Of a stretch of DNA of 64,000 bases, positions 24,976 to 38,456 are shown piece after piece. Origin of the DNA: Epiperipatus broadwayi (lineage: Eukaryota; Animalia; Onychophora). Below the pieces are notes generated by a model, which was not told the DNA's origin, did not search any database, and worked only from the letters and a program-made list of their open reading frames with translations. The position numbers were made by a program, and so were the translations under genes. Every line of letters starts with the position of its first letter. Position 1 is the stretch's first letter. The stretch covers positions 7,874,001 to 7,938,000 of the forward strand of contig JAQFVV010000007.1 in the NCBI GenBank assembly GCA_028023455.1. Direction: 5' to 3'.

Positions 24976-27804
24976 ACAATATAAACCAAATGCAAACACA
25001 AAATCAATGGTATTATATTGAAGTGATAACATATCTTACTACTCTGCTCACAATCTGAGCTTGAATATTATCTGTGTACAAGTTAGACATTTGTTTTCCA
25101 ATTACAATTGCTTCGAATTTTTCTTTCAGGTAATCAGACCACAGTGAATCCAATCATCAATACCAATGAATAAATGAATCAAAGATGGAAAGATGTTCAA
25201 CATTTGCTATGATGCAATTCACAATTCTGGTGTTTGCGGCTAGGGCAGACATACAATGCTAGAATATAGGGAATAATAAGATTTATGATCAATGGATCTG
25301 TAGATTGTGGTTACTGGTGCATTGCCCCAGATATGGTTTGATGCTTGGGAGGTCATATGTTGTTTGATTGTTAGAAATGATGAAAGTGATCTATGATCAA
25401 TGGCTCCTTAGCTCTTGAATCTATCACTCCACTGTAGCATTAAACCAGTCAAAATAATCAATGATTTGATGCATGCATATCATATGATAATCAAATGTCA
25501 GATGGAACACTATAATTGCAATAAAACCCCACAGAGTAAAAGAATCAAATGGTTTATCATTTGAGATAACAAATGATGTTTTTGCAATCAAAGTGACATT
25601 TGAGTCGTGATTTAGACCTTCAGCTATTAGTCCGCCACTATCACTGTGCTAAATCAGACAGAGCAAAATAATTTGACTGTTGCTTAAATGTTCATATAAA
25701 TTGTGAACGGTCATTCCATAGACTGGTATTAAGAATCTTCCAAACTACCAATGCATTATATTAAGCAGGGCACAATCCTAGTGAGTAATGTGAACCTGAT
25801 TACTGTTCCACTATACATAATTGTTAGAGAAGACTTTGAGAATTTAAAATGCTTCTAAACCTTTTTTGAATTTAAATCATAAACTGTTTTTTAGTCTATT
25901 TATGCAGCAAACTTTTAAAGATGAATGTGTTATAGATAAGTAGTGTTTCTAGGTAGAATATACAAATATACATTGACAGTCAACATGTGAAAAACTGTCA
26001 AGAAATAACAAATTATTACTGAAGAAAATACCCTGCTTGGTTTGGTAATAGAATTTCAAACTCTGGAACATGAGAACTTGGGAATTCTACGTCTGAACTT
26101 TTTATGAATATTGAGGATATTAGCTTTTTTTTTTTTACTCACGAGAATATTGGCACGTGACCAAAGTCTGATGTTTTACACATATTAGGCTGCGTCATTT
26201 CCGCTAAAATACATACATAACTATATTTATTTTCTTAAAAAGAACAGATATTAATCAGGAGTTCATAGGATAATCGTTCAAGTGATGGACAGGTTGTAAT
26301 CCATGGAATTTGAGTTTCAGACTCAGGTTGCAATCTACTGCTGCACTAAACAATGCTGTAGTGGAAAACTATAAGGAACAAAAATAAAATTATAAATGCT
26401 ATATGGATTTCAAATAATTATTAAAATGTTTTAAATTATAAAGATTTTTTCAGTCGTAGATTACAATGAAGTATTATTAAAATGTGAAAAAGAAGTGTGA
26501 TAATCTCGCAAATAGTAAAACTTAATTAAAAGCAGATGTTCCCTGTTGTTATTTACTTTTAACTGTCTTAAGAACCAAGATCATTTTAACTCACCTATTT
26601 ATCTATTCAGACAGCAAGACAATTTATCACTTCAGTTAAATGGAGTTTTTTTTTCTTTTGAAAGGTAATAGGGTGAAGAACAGCTTTTTTCACAAGATGA
26701 CTTTAATATATGATCAAACGTTAAATCAATGAATGGGAAGTAAGAAAAAATAATTTGCTTCAAGAACTTATTTTTTTTCTTCTCATTACTCTTTCAAACT
26801 TCATCAATACGAGAGAATAAAAAAAAATACTGAATAATACAACTCATTTTATCTAAAACTAAAAAAAAGTTAACAATACTTTAGATGCTTGAAAATTACT
26901 GACCTGAAAAACAGTAAATGGTGTCTAGAATTTAAATTGTTAAAATCTACAGTATTTAATAAATAATCTGTATTGTTATTATAATAAATAATGATAATTG
27001 ACTTAACTATCAGTAAGTGAAAAAAGATTAATCGGAAATCACAGAGATGAAGTCGGGGTCCGTGCAATCCAGAATCATATAAATAAGTAGTTAAAGTTAA
27101 AAACTAGATAAGATCCTCACAAACTTCAATGCACTGTTACAGCATTTTATCTAAGTGAAATAACAATTACAAAAAAAAAGAAGAAGATATATATAAACAC
27201 AATACAAATTTTTTTTTGAACAGTGCCCATAAATTTGTAAAAATAGCATAGCAAGAACATAAGATTAATCAATACAATTTTCAATTTACTGGATGTCTAG
27301 TGAAATATTAAGACTATAACATATAAATAAAAGCAGCATGAATAAATTAAACAATTAAAAGTTAAGCTAAGTAAAGCATAAATCAAATAGAAATAACTGA
27401 AATCAATTAAATGTAATTAAAAGTCAACTAAGCAAAACACAATTAAAAGCAAGGCTAAGTAGACTGGACATCGGAAACTTTTCATTATAATGAACCATTT
27501 TGTTTAAATCCCCCCCCCCCCCGCGCTATAAAAGAGCTCAAAAAAAGAGGTGAATAATATATGAATTTATGAAAGATTATGGATAAATTTGGTAATAGAA
27601 CATAATAGAATCGGCATACGTCTTAATAAAAATAAAAATTCTCTTAAAAATAAACCAAAACCAAAAATATGACTTTGATAGACATTTAAAGATTCTCATG
27701 TACAATAATTACTATTTGAACATAAACTTTTAAGCTCCCTTCAGTCATCCACTCCATCTTATATAACTGATACACTTGCCCACATACATGTGAAAAAAAT
27801 AAAT

Positions 27805-27858
27805 GATCTCCAATATAATATTTTGTGTTGAACCAGCATTCATCAGTTGGTCTGGATC
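27805..27858 (-). ncRNA. H1 hammerhead with G12A
   Basis: GATC-CAGA-CCAA-CTGATGA-ATGCTGGTTCAACAC-AAAA-TATTATA-TTGG-A-GATC. Confidence 0.7.
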
Positions 27859-28367
27859 ATCATATCTTCAAACTTTAATGGACAGGCTTCAATCCTCTCC
27901 ACTTTCCAATTCTTCAGAAATCCATATCTTTGAAAATCTGATGATGGAATGCTGCAAGCCCTTGTTGATGTCAATATTATTGTCATAACTATGTTGACCT
28001 TAAGTCACTCTGACTCCTCATATGTAAGCCCTGAACATGTCTATTTAATTGCAAAGAAGAGAACTACATCTAACTTAAGTACATACACTATATTTCTACT
28101 CAAATATTACAGAATCTGCCTGAATTCTGCCTATTCCTCTTGACAATAGTATATTAAGGTCCTACATGAGGGATCAGAGTGACTTATGGTCAACATGAGT
28201 ATGACAATAATATTGGCATCAACAAGCAATTAAGGCATTCCATCATTAAATTTCCATTGATGGATGGCTGAAGAGTTAGAGAAGATGGAAGCCTGTCCAT
28301 TAAAGTTTGAAAATTTGCAATCTTAATATAAACTGAGCATCGATTATATATGTTTGTGGTAAATGCT

Positions 28368-28422
28368 GATCAGGACAAACTGATGAATGCTGGATCAGCA
28401 TGAAATGCATATATTGGAGATC
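28368..28422 (+). ncRNA. Type I hammerhead ribozyme H1, core intact
   Basis: GATC-AGGA-CAAA-CTGATGA-ATGCTG-GAT-CAGCAT-GAAA-TGCATA-TA|TTGG-A-GATC; 6-bp stem II; predicted cut between 28413 and 28414; one stem I mismatch. Confidence 0.8.
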
Positions 28423-29739
28423 AGTTATCTTGTACACATATATGTGTTCATTTGCATCAGTTAAATAATATAAAGTGGATGACTGAAGGGAGCCTGAATA
28501 TCTGTGTTCAAACCCCTCTAATTACATCTAGATTAAGTATATACACTACTTTTATTCAAACAATAATAATTACTATTCTATAACAAGATTGAAAGCAGAA
28601 AAAAATATAGTAAAAAGCATTTTCTCTCTACAAGAATCATCAAAATATTTATTTACAAATTACAAGAGAAAATATAAATTGTTTATTATGATAAAAAAGA
28701 TGTGAGATTGCAATCAGAGAGGTGCATCTGGCTTAACTTAGTTATAAAACCCTGACTTAAATAAATAATATCCAAGAAATGAGAAAGAATCTGCATCCGA
28801 AAAAAATGTTGCAGGTAACATTAGAATTAAGAAATGCAGATTTATTTACACAGGGTAGATCAAATTGATAAAGCCAGTTAACTATCTTAAGATATTTTTG
28901 CCACAAGATACAATACTTTCTGTCACATAGACATAGTTGTTATCTTTTGTTAGCTGGGATCTTCTGAAGGATTAAATATAAAGTAGCAAAAAACATTATC
29001 AAGGGACACTATTTTCTAGGGAATCCACTCCTGCAGGTTAGTGAGCCAATTAGCGAACTAAACAGATTGTCACAATTTTAATTAGACCTTATGTAAGCCT
29101 CAAGGTTATTAGACTGTAATCAAAACCATAGTAAAGATAGTATAACTTGAAATGTTTAATCTACTCACAAATATATATATATATATATTGAAACAGACAG
29201 ATCGGAGAACCGATCTTCGTTTCAGGTGTTTTTATGTACGGTAATTCAAACTACTGTTCGCCTGCAGTGAGATTTTGTCTATTTTAAGTTATAATATAAA
29301 TTAGTTATATATTCTATAGTTTACTCACAAATATATATATATATACAATATCTGTTTGCAATATATAGAAGAACTTTTACTGAAGTAGGAATTAGTTTAC
29401 CTGCCTATACCTGTGGCGGAAAGCAAATGCCAAATTAGGGTAGATATATAATATTTATCTATGCCCATATAGTCTAGAATAGATAGTAAACCATGATGGA
29501 AATAATATTATTTATAGTGAGTGTGGGTAATGGATGACAAGATAATATAGATATATGCATTAGTATTAATTGTATTAAATTATTGTTTATTAAATATAAT
29601 TTGCATTCTATATTGATTTATTAATTTGGTAATAGTAGGGTTCAACCCAACCATTTGATGGCACTGCTTTTCACCCAATGCATATCAATATACCGATTCA
29701 TGGGCTGTCAGTTTCTTTACAGAATACTATGCTAAAAAA

Positions 29740-30560
29740 AATTTTTTTCACTTTTTATACATAAAACTCGTATGTTTTTTTTTTTTTTTTTATAAACAAA
29801 CACTGTGTTTTTATATGGTGAGGGGGGGGGTTGCTTTTAAATTATCGACTTTTTTTTTATTTTGAGCTTTTTTTTTTTATTTTGAATTATTGGTTTCTTT
29901 ACATAATACTACGGGGAAAAAATTTTTTTACCCCTTTCTATACATAAAACTCATACGTTTTTTTTTCCCTTTTTAATAAACAAACACTTTGTTTTTAGAT
30001 GGTAAGGGGGGGGGTTGGTTTGCTTTTAAATTATTGCCTTTTTTGGATTTTGAGCTTCTTTTTTAAAGCCTTAAACAATTCAGTATTAATTAATAAATTA
30101 ATAGTTGGTTTTTAGAAGATGGAGGGATGTTGGTTTGAATTTTAATTCTCGTCTTTTAGCATTGTTTGCCGATGTACTAGAAACTTTGCATATTAATTTT
30201 AAATGTGTTCAAATACAGAATACATATAAAGAGATAGATTAACAAAATATATGAATTATTGGAGGGGGGTTGATTTGCTTTTAAATTATCAACTTTTTTC
30301 CTTATCGACTTTTAATTGATTTTGAGCATTTTTTTTGTAAAGCCTTATTAATCAATTAATTTTTAATAAACCAACAGTTGGTTTTTAGAGGGTGGAGAAA
30401 AGGGTTGGTTTGATTTTTAATTATCATCTTTTATTTTCTTATTATGAGGTTCTTTTTAAAATATTTATGCGACCGAAACTGTTATATGATAGTGAATAGT
30501 TCTTACTTTATTTTTTGTCTTTTTCAAAAAGCCTTAAACAGTTTGCTTTTAAAAAACATT
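29740..30560. repeat. Degenerate tandem array of ~110-185 bp units with G-runs and T-runs
   Basis: Recurrent ggggg..ttg(gtt)ttgcttttaaattatcgacttttt...ttttgagc motif, 4-5 times. Confidence 0.75.
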
Positions 30561-31748
30561 TTTTGGGGGAGAGGGGCAGGAAGTTATGGTTTGTTTGACT
30601 CCAATAGAAGATGAGACTCATAGCTATAGGTAATGACATTTTGGAGACATCTAACCAACTTCCTTTACACAGATCCCAAGTATGCTTGCAGGAGTGGCAA
30701 CAGAATTGCCCAGATCGTGTAGTTGACTAAAACCATGCTCCTCCTGTAAACACATAGCTTTTCATCTGGAAGATGTTCTCTTTCTGAAAAAATAAAACAG
30801 TGTCAACTTCTGTGGCCAGCAATTCACTCCCCTTCAACCAATATTGAACACTTGACACTGACATTTTACTCTTCTAACAGAGATTCACAAGTAAACATGC
30901 ATTTGTGCATGAACTCAGCAGAACTCTGCTGAAAACCCCAAGCTTTTCAGGTTGGATGCAGTTCAAAATCATAGGGAAGCATGTGTGATGGCCTGACAAT
31001 TCTTAATATGCAATATAAATCCACTACACTTTGTCAAAATTTTTCCACAATGAATTTTTTGATAGTTTTACATCCTTCAATATAGCCACCAACAAATCAG
31101 ACCGTAGCGAGAGTTGAATTGCACTTACTGGAAGAGTACAGTTGCAAGTCAATGGGCATAGTATTTCATTATGTAATCATAGAATACATCACCCTCTAGG
31201 TGGCCTGTTACAGCTCGAAGTAACACTGTTGTAGTGTTAGCCGTAAGTTAAGTCACTAAAATGGTATATTGATATGCATTGTGTAAAAAAACAATGCCAT
31301 CAAGTGGTTGGATTCAGTATACATACTATTACCATTAATTAGTGGATTATTTCATTAGTAGACCATTTCAATGCTATTTTTCTGATTAAAAAATGGAAGT
31401 TACAGGCATAATTAAATAAGTGTATCAGACAAATAAATGATGTGAGCAATTTCAGATGAATGCCAGGTTGGACATGTATAATGAATAAACAATAGATAAC
31501 ATTCTAAAAAAAGGGTTTTATGGTGAATTTGAAAATGGTTTTCATAAGGAAAGATCCTATTTACATTATAAGGGTTATCTCAAAGATATTGTTATGTAGT
31601 AATAATTGTTTCCAGTGTGAAAATATTGCAGAGAATAGAATTCATTGGGAGTTAATATCACATGACTTAATTTAATAAGGTTGTGCTACAAATGTTATAT
31701 AATGAGTGTGCTAATAGCATTTAACAAACTTTTCTGAATATTTTTAAA

Positions 31749-31786
31749 CTCAGACTGGTTTCTAGCTCTGACTGTCATCAATGAGA
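31749..31786 (-). ncRNA. Type I hammerhead H2 variant
   Basis: CTCA-TTGATGA-CAGT-CAGA-GCTA-GAAA-CCAG-TC|TGAG; related to 58988-59031. Confidence 0.65.
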
Positions 31787-32330
31787 CATTTGAACATTCA
31801 AGTATTAGATTTAAAAATACCAGGTCAAGGCCAGAATTTATCTAATAGTTACATACTGTAATGGTCATATGTGTACACTCGAGCAACAAAATCCAAAGTC
31901 TTGGCAAATTCTCCCAAAAGCTGATCTAGATGAGTGGTTGAGACATCAAAACAGATTGCACCTCAGCTCCTCCACCAATACTCCATGACTTACTATTCTA
32001 TGAATGACATATATGAAGCCATATTCGAAGTTTCTTAATTTGTGTGCCGGCAGTAGCAAAGAGTGATACATGAGACTCAGGAAAAATGACTGTATAGTTA
32101 AATAATTAACTAAACACACACTTCTATGGCTTATGGCATAATTAATAATAGGATAAATCAAAACAAGATGACAATGCACAGTTATAAAATTCACTTAATA
32201 ACTAAAATTAATATGATTCAAAAGGAATGGAATGAACTATGAAAAATTACATAAAATGATATTTAAATATCAGCCTTTTAAACTAATTGTGCATACGCTT
32301 TGCGAGTGTTAATAATAAATGAATACTTTC

Positions 32331-33430
32331 TCACCAATCCAAGATATAGTATTTATGCAGGAATAAAAGGAATCCTCTTATTCCTATAACTAAAATGCTT
32401 ATATATGAGAAAATCTGAAGTACTGGCAAGCTTCTTTCTATTTTTCTATAGCTTCTTTCCTCTATTTTGTCTTTGATAGCTATATCCAATCTGTGGGCCT
32501 CCTTTTGATCCCTTTCCAGTCTCCCTATTCTATCTTGCAACCCATGGATATATTTCTTTATCCCCAGCTTCTCTTTGATAGCTAGCTTATTTTTGTATTT
32601 AACATTGTCCTTTATTTCAGAGGCTGCCACATGTATTAGATCCTTAACATTTTTTATTTTGCTTTTCTAGCAGCCCTCTTGATGAATGGAATATGACCTC
32701 ATGGAAAGTGGCTCATTGCTTATCCATCCTGTCCTGGGCTAGTATTATTTTTCCTTTTACTGTGTGAATTGCCTAGAAGGTTTCCCTTTGTGGTCTAATA
32801 AGAGCCCCTCAATTTTATCATTTACCTCTTTCGCACTCCTCTTGCAGTCTATTGATATTTTTTCCATTTTTTCTTCCTGTGCCTGGAATCTATTCTCTAT
32901 TTCTCTATCTCAGGTTTTCTCTTTCCTTCATTTCTCCTTCCTTCATATTTCATTTTTCCTGTTTTTCATTCCTTTCTTTCTCTTTTCTTTTCCTTTCTTT
33001 CTCCTTCCTTTTTATTTCCTTATCCTGTTTTTTACTCCTTTCATTCTCCTCCACTTTTCTTTCTTTCTCCTTCATTCATATTTCCCTTTCCTGACTGTTC
33101 TTCCATTTCCTTGAACCAGGAAGACAACAGCTTCTGTATATCTACCATCCCAATATTTTGAAATTCTGGTGCCGGCGTTTCTTTGGATGACTACCTAGAA
33201 TACAAACAGGTTTTCTATAGTTTCTTTTGAGTTTGCATTGATGTTCATTTCACCTTCCATCTCCCCTTCTGTACTAATATTATCTCTTGTAATTTCTCTT
33301 CCAGACTGTAGTATCTTGCCTTAATCTCTGCCTTCCTTCCTTATCTTCTCTTCACTCCCCACCTTTTCCTCTTCCTCCACATCTCTTACCATTGGTTCCT
33401 CAGTGTTTTTATCCATTTCCATCTCCCTTT
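32331..33430 (-). pseudogene. Disrupted E/K/R-rich coiled-coil (gag/ORF1-like) reading frame
   Basis: MEMDKNTEEPMVRDVEEEEKV..., NRFQAQEEKMEKISID..., and ORF 32331-32630 (LQDRIGRLERDQKE); frameshifts and stops. Confidence 0.5.
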
Positions 33431-34652
33431 ATTTAATTTTGTTTGATCTCTCTCTCTCAGTGGCTTAATTGCTATCTATCCTACAAAAAACAGTCCCAGT
33501 GTACTTCGAACTCAATCCCAAGTGCCTCACTTTACCTATGCCCTTAACTAGATATAATACCTAAACCAACCAAAAACAATTCTTACCCTTGCCTCTTCTT
33601 TCTTGCAGAGCTTCTTATGTAGTTTTATGCTTAATCCCTGATTGCTGTAGTCCATGACTTCTAAATTTTGCTTCCAAGCATGCATATATTATATCAGTTA
33701 TCTTGACCAATAATTGTACCTTAATAGCCCAATCCAATTTCAAATCATTTAATAAATCATTTGAATTTTTTTTCACGGATAACAAAATTTATATATAAGG
33801 ATTTTTTTTTTTTAACAATTATCCTAGAGTGCCAGTTATCCATGGTTGATATACATATAAAATCATAACTGTATTAGAATTTAATAATCCCTCTATGCAT
33901 TATCATACTTTCAAATTTAGGATATGGCCATAGGCTGTTTAGCTTAACTATAACTTTTTAAAAGTTTCACATTATAGTTCAATAGTATATCATACCTAAA
34001 AATTACCTTTTAGATCAGAGAGAAGAAAAAAAAAGTCTTTTATACACCAAAAAAAAAAAAAAATCTACTTTTGTTCCTGAAAATAATTGCAAAACTATGG
34101 TTATCCCATTTATACTCGGTAAAAAAATGTGCACCTACATTTTTTTTTTTTACTTGTTTACAAAAAAAAAAAACATATTGTGAAACAAAAAAACATAAAT
34201 ATATATATATATATATATTAGCATGACAACATAATTACATTTTAGAATAATATTATTCATCCAGAGTTTGGGGAACCTTGAGAGGAAAAAAAACCCACTT
34301 TGAGGCACTATACCCATAAAGAAATTTACATACACATATGTTTAAATTGCCACCTATATACTCCTGCTCAAACACACACATCTATTCAGGTTATGAAAGC
34401 TTTCACAAAAAATCCTATGGTTTGAGCATCTTTACCCAGGCGAAAAACATTTTATGTCTACGAATATTGTTAAAAAGAAAATGAGTTTTCAACAAACACG
34501 CAAAAAAATTATATATAAAAAAATCCCTCTTTTCTTTTATATATATATTCACACATGCTGTTCAGAGTCATGGAAAGAAATCAAGATTTCATGTTTGAGC
34601 AATCCATACTCAAGAAAAAAATCTACACATATTGCAGTAAAATAATAAAAAA

Positions 34653-34756
34653 AAATATTTTCTCTACACCTATATATATATATATATATATATATATTAA
34701 TCAAATATTTTCTCTACACCTATATATATATATATATATATATATATTAATCAAAT
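34653..34756. repeat. ~50-bp tandem duplication containing (TA)n
   Basis: aaatattttctctacacc(ta)n ttaatc, twice. Confidence 0.9.
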
Positions 34757-37700
34757 GACTTCCCATGCTCTCAGAGAGTGTATGTTGTTCGAAAGCCCCT
34801 AAGTTGTGGCACCATGCTCGGAAAAAAATCCTATGTAATGGTCATATTTGTACACTCATGAAACAAAATCCAGAGTCTTGGCAAATTCTCCCAAAGCTAA
34901 ACTAGATGAGGGGTTGAGACGTCGAATCAGATTGCACCTCAGATTTTCCACCAATATTCCATGACTGCACATCAGCTCCTCCACCAATACTCCATGACTT
35001 ACTACCCTATGAATGACATATATGAAGCCATACTTGGAGTTTCTTAATTTATGTGCCAGCATTAGCAAAGAATGAAACATGAGACTCAGGGAAAATAAGT
35101 CTATAGCCAAGTAATTTACAAAACACACTTCTATGGCTTATGGCATAATTAATAATTGGATAAATCAACACAAGATGACAATGCATAGTTATATAATTCA
35201 CTTAAGAACTAAAATTAATATGATTCGAAAAGATTGGAATGAACTATGAAAAAATATGTAAAACAATATTATATTTCATATATTTAATATTATATTTCAT
35301 ATATTTAATAATATTTAAAACAATTATTAAAATGGCTATTCCTCTATGCATTGGAATTCACCGATGCATAAGACAATTAAATTGGCAATTATTATTATTA
35401 CATTATAATCTATGGTTTGGATTATACCTAATTCATGCTGTGAGATGCCTATAAGGTTTGCAAACAGTTAACTTGCAAGAGAGACCATTTATAATTATAT
35501 CGCTCCAGGTACCTCAAAATTAGCTTAAATCAATTCTCTATACAGATTGTTATTACATAGCTAGATTGTGCATTCAAATCAACATTGAATTTATTAAGGA
35601 TCTGTTATAGCAAAGTTTCTGATACTATAGTGCTATATTAACCCAAATAAAATGGAGTCTCAAATGCGTGTTTCCTCATCGGATTTATCAACTCAATAGT
35701 TGGTTCCTGTGTACCATAGACTTGCTATGAAACAAAAACATTTAGTTCTGGAAGTCTAATTAACTTGAAATATGAACAATCTGGACCCACATGTTCCAAT
35801 TCTAAAGAAAACAATTGGCCACAAATTATAAAATGGTCTTATACCAAATCCCCATAAACAAATACATATATGATAGACAAAGCCACATAAGCATGTGTGT
35901 GTGCTTTATAAAAAATATTCACCACACCGATGGGCATCGATTATTATTAAATTTAAAATGTGCTAAATCTACAGCTTCTTTCCACTACACCATGGTATAC
36001 TGGTTCATAAGTTAGCATATTCAAACATGCTACAGAAAGGGGTTAATTAGGTGATCTAAACCTTCAGAAAAACACTAGCTTATAATTAATCTCTATAGTT
36101 TTTTATTATACTTCTAGGGAGGAATAAAGCATAATCAGGACTTATGTATTTAATTGAAATATGCTCTAGGCTATCACTCTTACATTAGTTAACTATAAAT
36201 ATTTTTATTTTTACTAGCACACCTACTTTTACCCAGGTAAGACATAATAGCTATTTAATATACTTATAGGTTTCAGATTGGAGATTGCATGTGTCTGCTT
36301 TAAAGCTTATAAATTAATTAGTGAGAACTTCCAATCATCCTCCCCCCCTTTAAAAATCTAAATTATCAACCTCCATCCTGAGTGGGTCATAGCATAAATT
36401 CATAACAAATATAATAAAATATAATGAAGGCACAACCACAGATAGAAAGATATTAAGAGTATAATTTAAATTTGACAAGCATTACATTATTAAGTTCGTT
36501 AACTTTAAAAAAGTTAGGCCAGTTTTACAAAGGACTTATTGTTACATTATTTTAGGAATTAGTTACAATTTAGCTGGATTACAGAATTTATTCAATAGGT
36601 AAAGTTTAAATAATAAGTGTGTGCCCATTTATATGTAGCTAGCTTAAAAGTGTTTAAGGAATTAATAATGCGAGTTTATTAATGAGCTCTGCAGGTTATG
36701 TTTTTACCCATGTTCTCTGCTTAGGTGTTTTCTTTTCAGGCATGAGGCACTTCTTTTCTGGACTGGTCTGTTCCTCCTTTTCAGGGTAGGCTGCTAGTTT
36801 GAACTGATCCCCATCATTGATATCTTATCTCCCGTCAGGGCAGACAGCAACGGTTCACCTTCTGACCTTGGTTTTTCATTATACAGGCAGGCATAGCTCC
36901 CGAAAGCAATACAAGTTAAAATTATCTAGCATCTGACCTCCTTTAATTCTAATCAGAGTTTTTTATAAGAATACACTCCCCCTCTGCTAATGTCATAATT
37001 TGTTTACAAGTTGAGACAAAATTTTACTCTTTATTTTACTTGTATGCTATAAGCATGACAAACAAAACCATTACCTTTGTAGTTTATAAAAATAAGTAAT
37101 TGTGAAAATTGGCATCAGTTATTTAGCTTCTCTTTGTTACCAAAAATAAAGTCCACTCTTATTTTTACAGATTTTAAAACCTAGGTGTGGTCAGCTAATT
37201 TCCAAAAAATAAAAAAAAATATATAAAAAAACAGATTTCAACCTGGTAACATTTTATTATATACATGAATCTGTCATCTTAGAAACTATAACTTTAGACA
37301 AAGAGAGCTAATTAGCACAAGAGATTTATTATCTTGGCAAAATAAATACAATTTAAAAAAATAACAAAGTTTGAAATCTATAACTTTGCAACCTTATTTT
37401 ACATTGTGACAGTAGCTGGGTTCAAACCCTGTTACAAGGTAGTTACACAATATTCCTTAACTGCCTAAATCAGCATGAGTCTAATAAATTGGATTCATGT
37501 GTGTGAGTAGAGAAAATCTGAAGGTTTTTTTTTTATTTAAAAAAAAAGAGAAAGAGAAAGATGTTTATAATTATTTGTTTTAAAATAAATTCATGAAAAT
37601 ATGTTAATAAATTGTGGGAATGCAGTTATATGCAAATATATAAATTTTCTTCTTGTATTACTAATTTATTTCAAATGTATACTTTTCTATTGTTTTATTG

Positions 37701-38388
37701 TATATCACATTTTAATGAGAGTAATGAAAGAACTTTTATGTGTATACCTGGAGGCAATTTTGTGTCTTTTGTTACCTTACTTAGACATTCAAAATTCCAA
37801 GGAATCTAAAGTAAATGTATGGTAGAAATAGAAAAAAATGTTAAAAGCATGTCTAAGAAATAGAGATCAGCATACTGATAAACAATTTTGGGAAACAAAA
37901 GGAATTGCAGAAATTAATTAGTTAAAAATAAAAATCAAAACAAGCAAGAGTGGTTTTTTGAACTGAAATGAAATATTAATATTTTCTTGATGCTAAATTG
38001 ACTGATATGACTATGCTCGTATTATAAAATGAAACCTTAAAACAAATCCTTCAATCAACCATCAGAAGATATAGTAACTCAGACCATCGCTAAAATAGGA
38101 ATGCAGGAGTAGATCAATATGTGTAAGGCTGCCATTCTACGCTCTGAATATGTAGCTGTGCTGTTAAATGCTTGCCCCTCTAAAAACCATAATAACCTCA
38201 TCAATAAGCTGCTAAAACAATCCAGGAAGGAAGAAAATATCGAATTGTGTACAATAAGAATGCCTCCAGTAAGCCGCATTATTTTTTAGATCCAAGTAAT
38301 ACCACAAAATGGACGTTCATGCAAACTTTTTGCTATTAGCAGAAAAAAAAAATTATTCTTTGACAGTAAAAGAATACATAAATTTCAG

Positions 38389-38456
38389 GTGGATCATCAA
38401 AATCAAGCTTATGTGGAAATAAACTTATACATATTAAAAATCCTGGGTACTTCAAG
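38389..38456 (+). CDS. Candidate exon GSSKSSLCGNKLIHIKNPGYFK (resembles the start of a CUB domain)
   Basis: Acceptor tttcag and donor gtaact; CG..I.I..PGY pattern as in neuropilin-type CUB domains; no following exon found. Confidence 0.2.

Larger units (their letters stand above)
27717..28564. mobile_element. Foldback HHR element B with a 13-bp TSD
   Basis: Antisense arm 27717-~28050, sense arm ~28070-28564; AATAATTACTATT at 27704-27716 and 28565-28577. Confidence 0.85.
31857..35278 (-). mobile_element. LTR-retrotransposon-like remnant: two ~415-445 bp direct repeats around a disrupted coiled-coil ORF
   Basis: Repeats 31857-~32271 and 34834-~35278 both start TGTAAT and can end in CA; the interior minus strand encodes an E/K-rich gag/ORF1-like peptide with stops; no pol. 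Confidence 0.45.

Noticed and set aside
25100-25700. Possible decayed APE endonuclease on the minus strand
   Set aside because: Only weak IDH/DH-like fragments in inconsistent frames.
19085-26345. tRNA-like snippets at ~19090-19150 and ~26270-26345
   Set aside because: Partial A/B-box resemblance only; no acceptor stem could be built.
29189-29260. GAAAC-long stem-GTC on the minus strand resembling HHR stem III
   Set aside because: No CUGANGA core upstream in either copy.
32764-33114. Phe/Ser-rich 'membrane protein' ORFs
   Set aside because: They are antisense shadows of the purine-rich E/K-coding strand.
37170-37190. ILKPRCG resembling the MMP cysteine switch
   Set aside because: Seven residues only, with no VPD continuation or neighbouring MMP exons.
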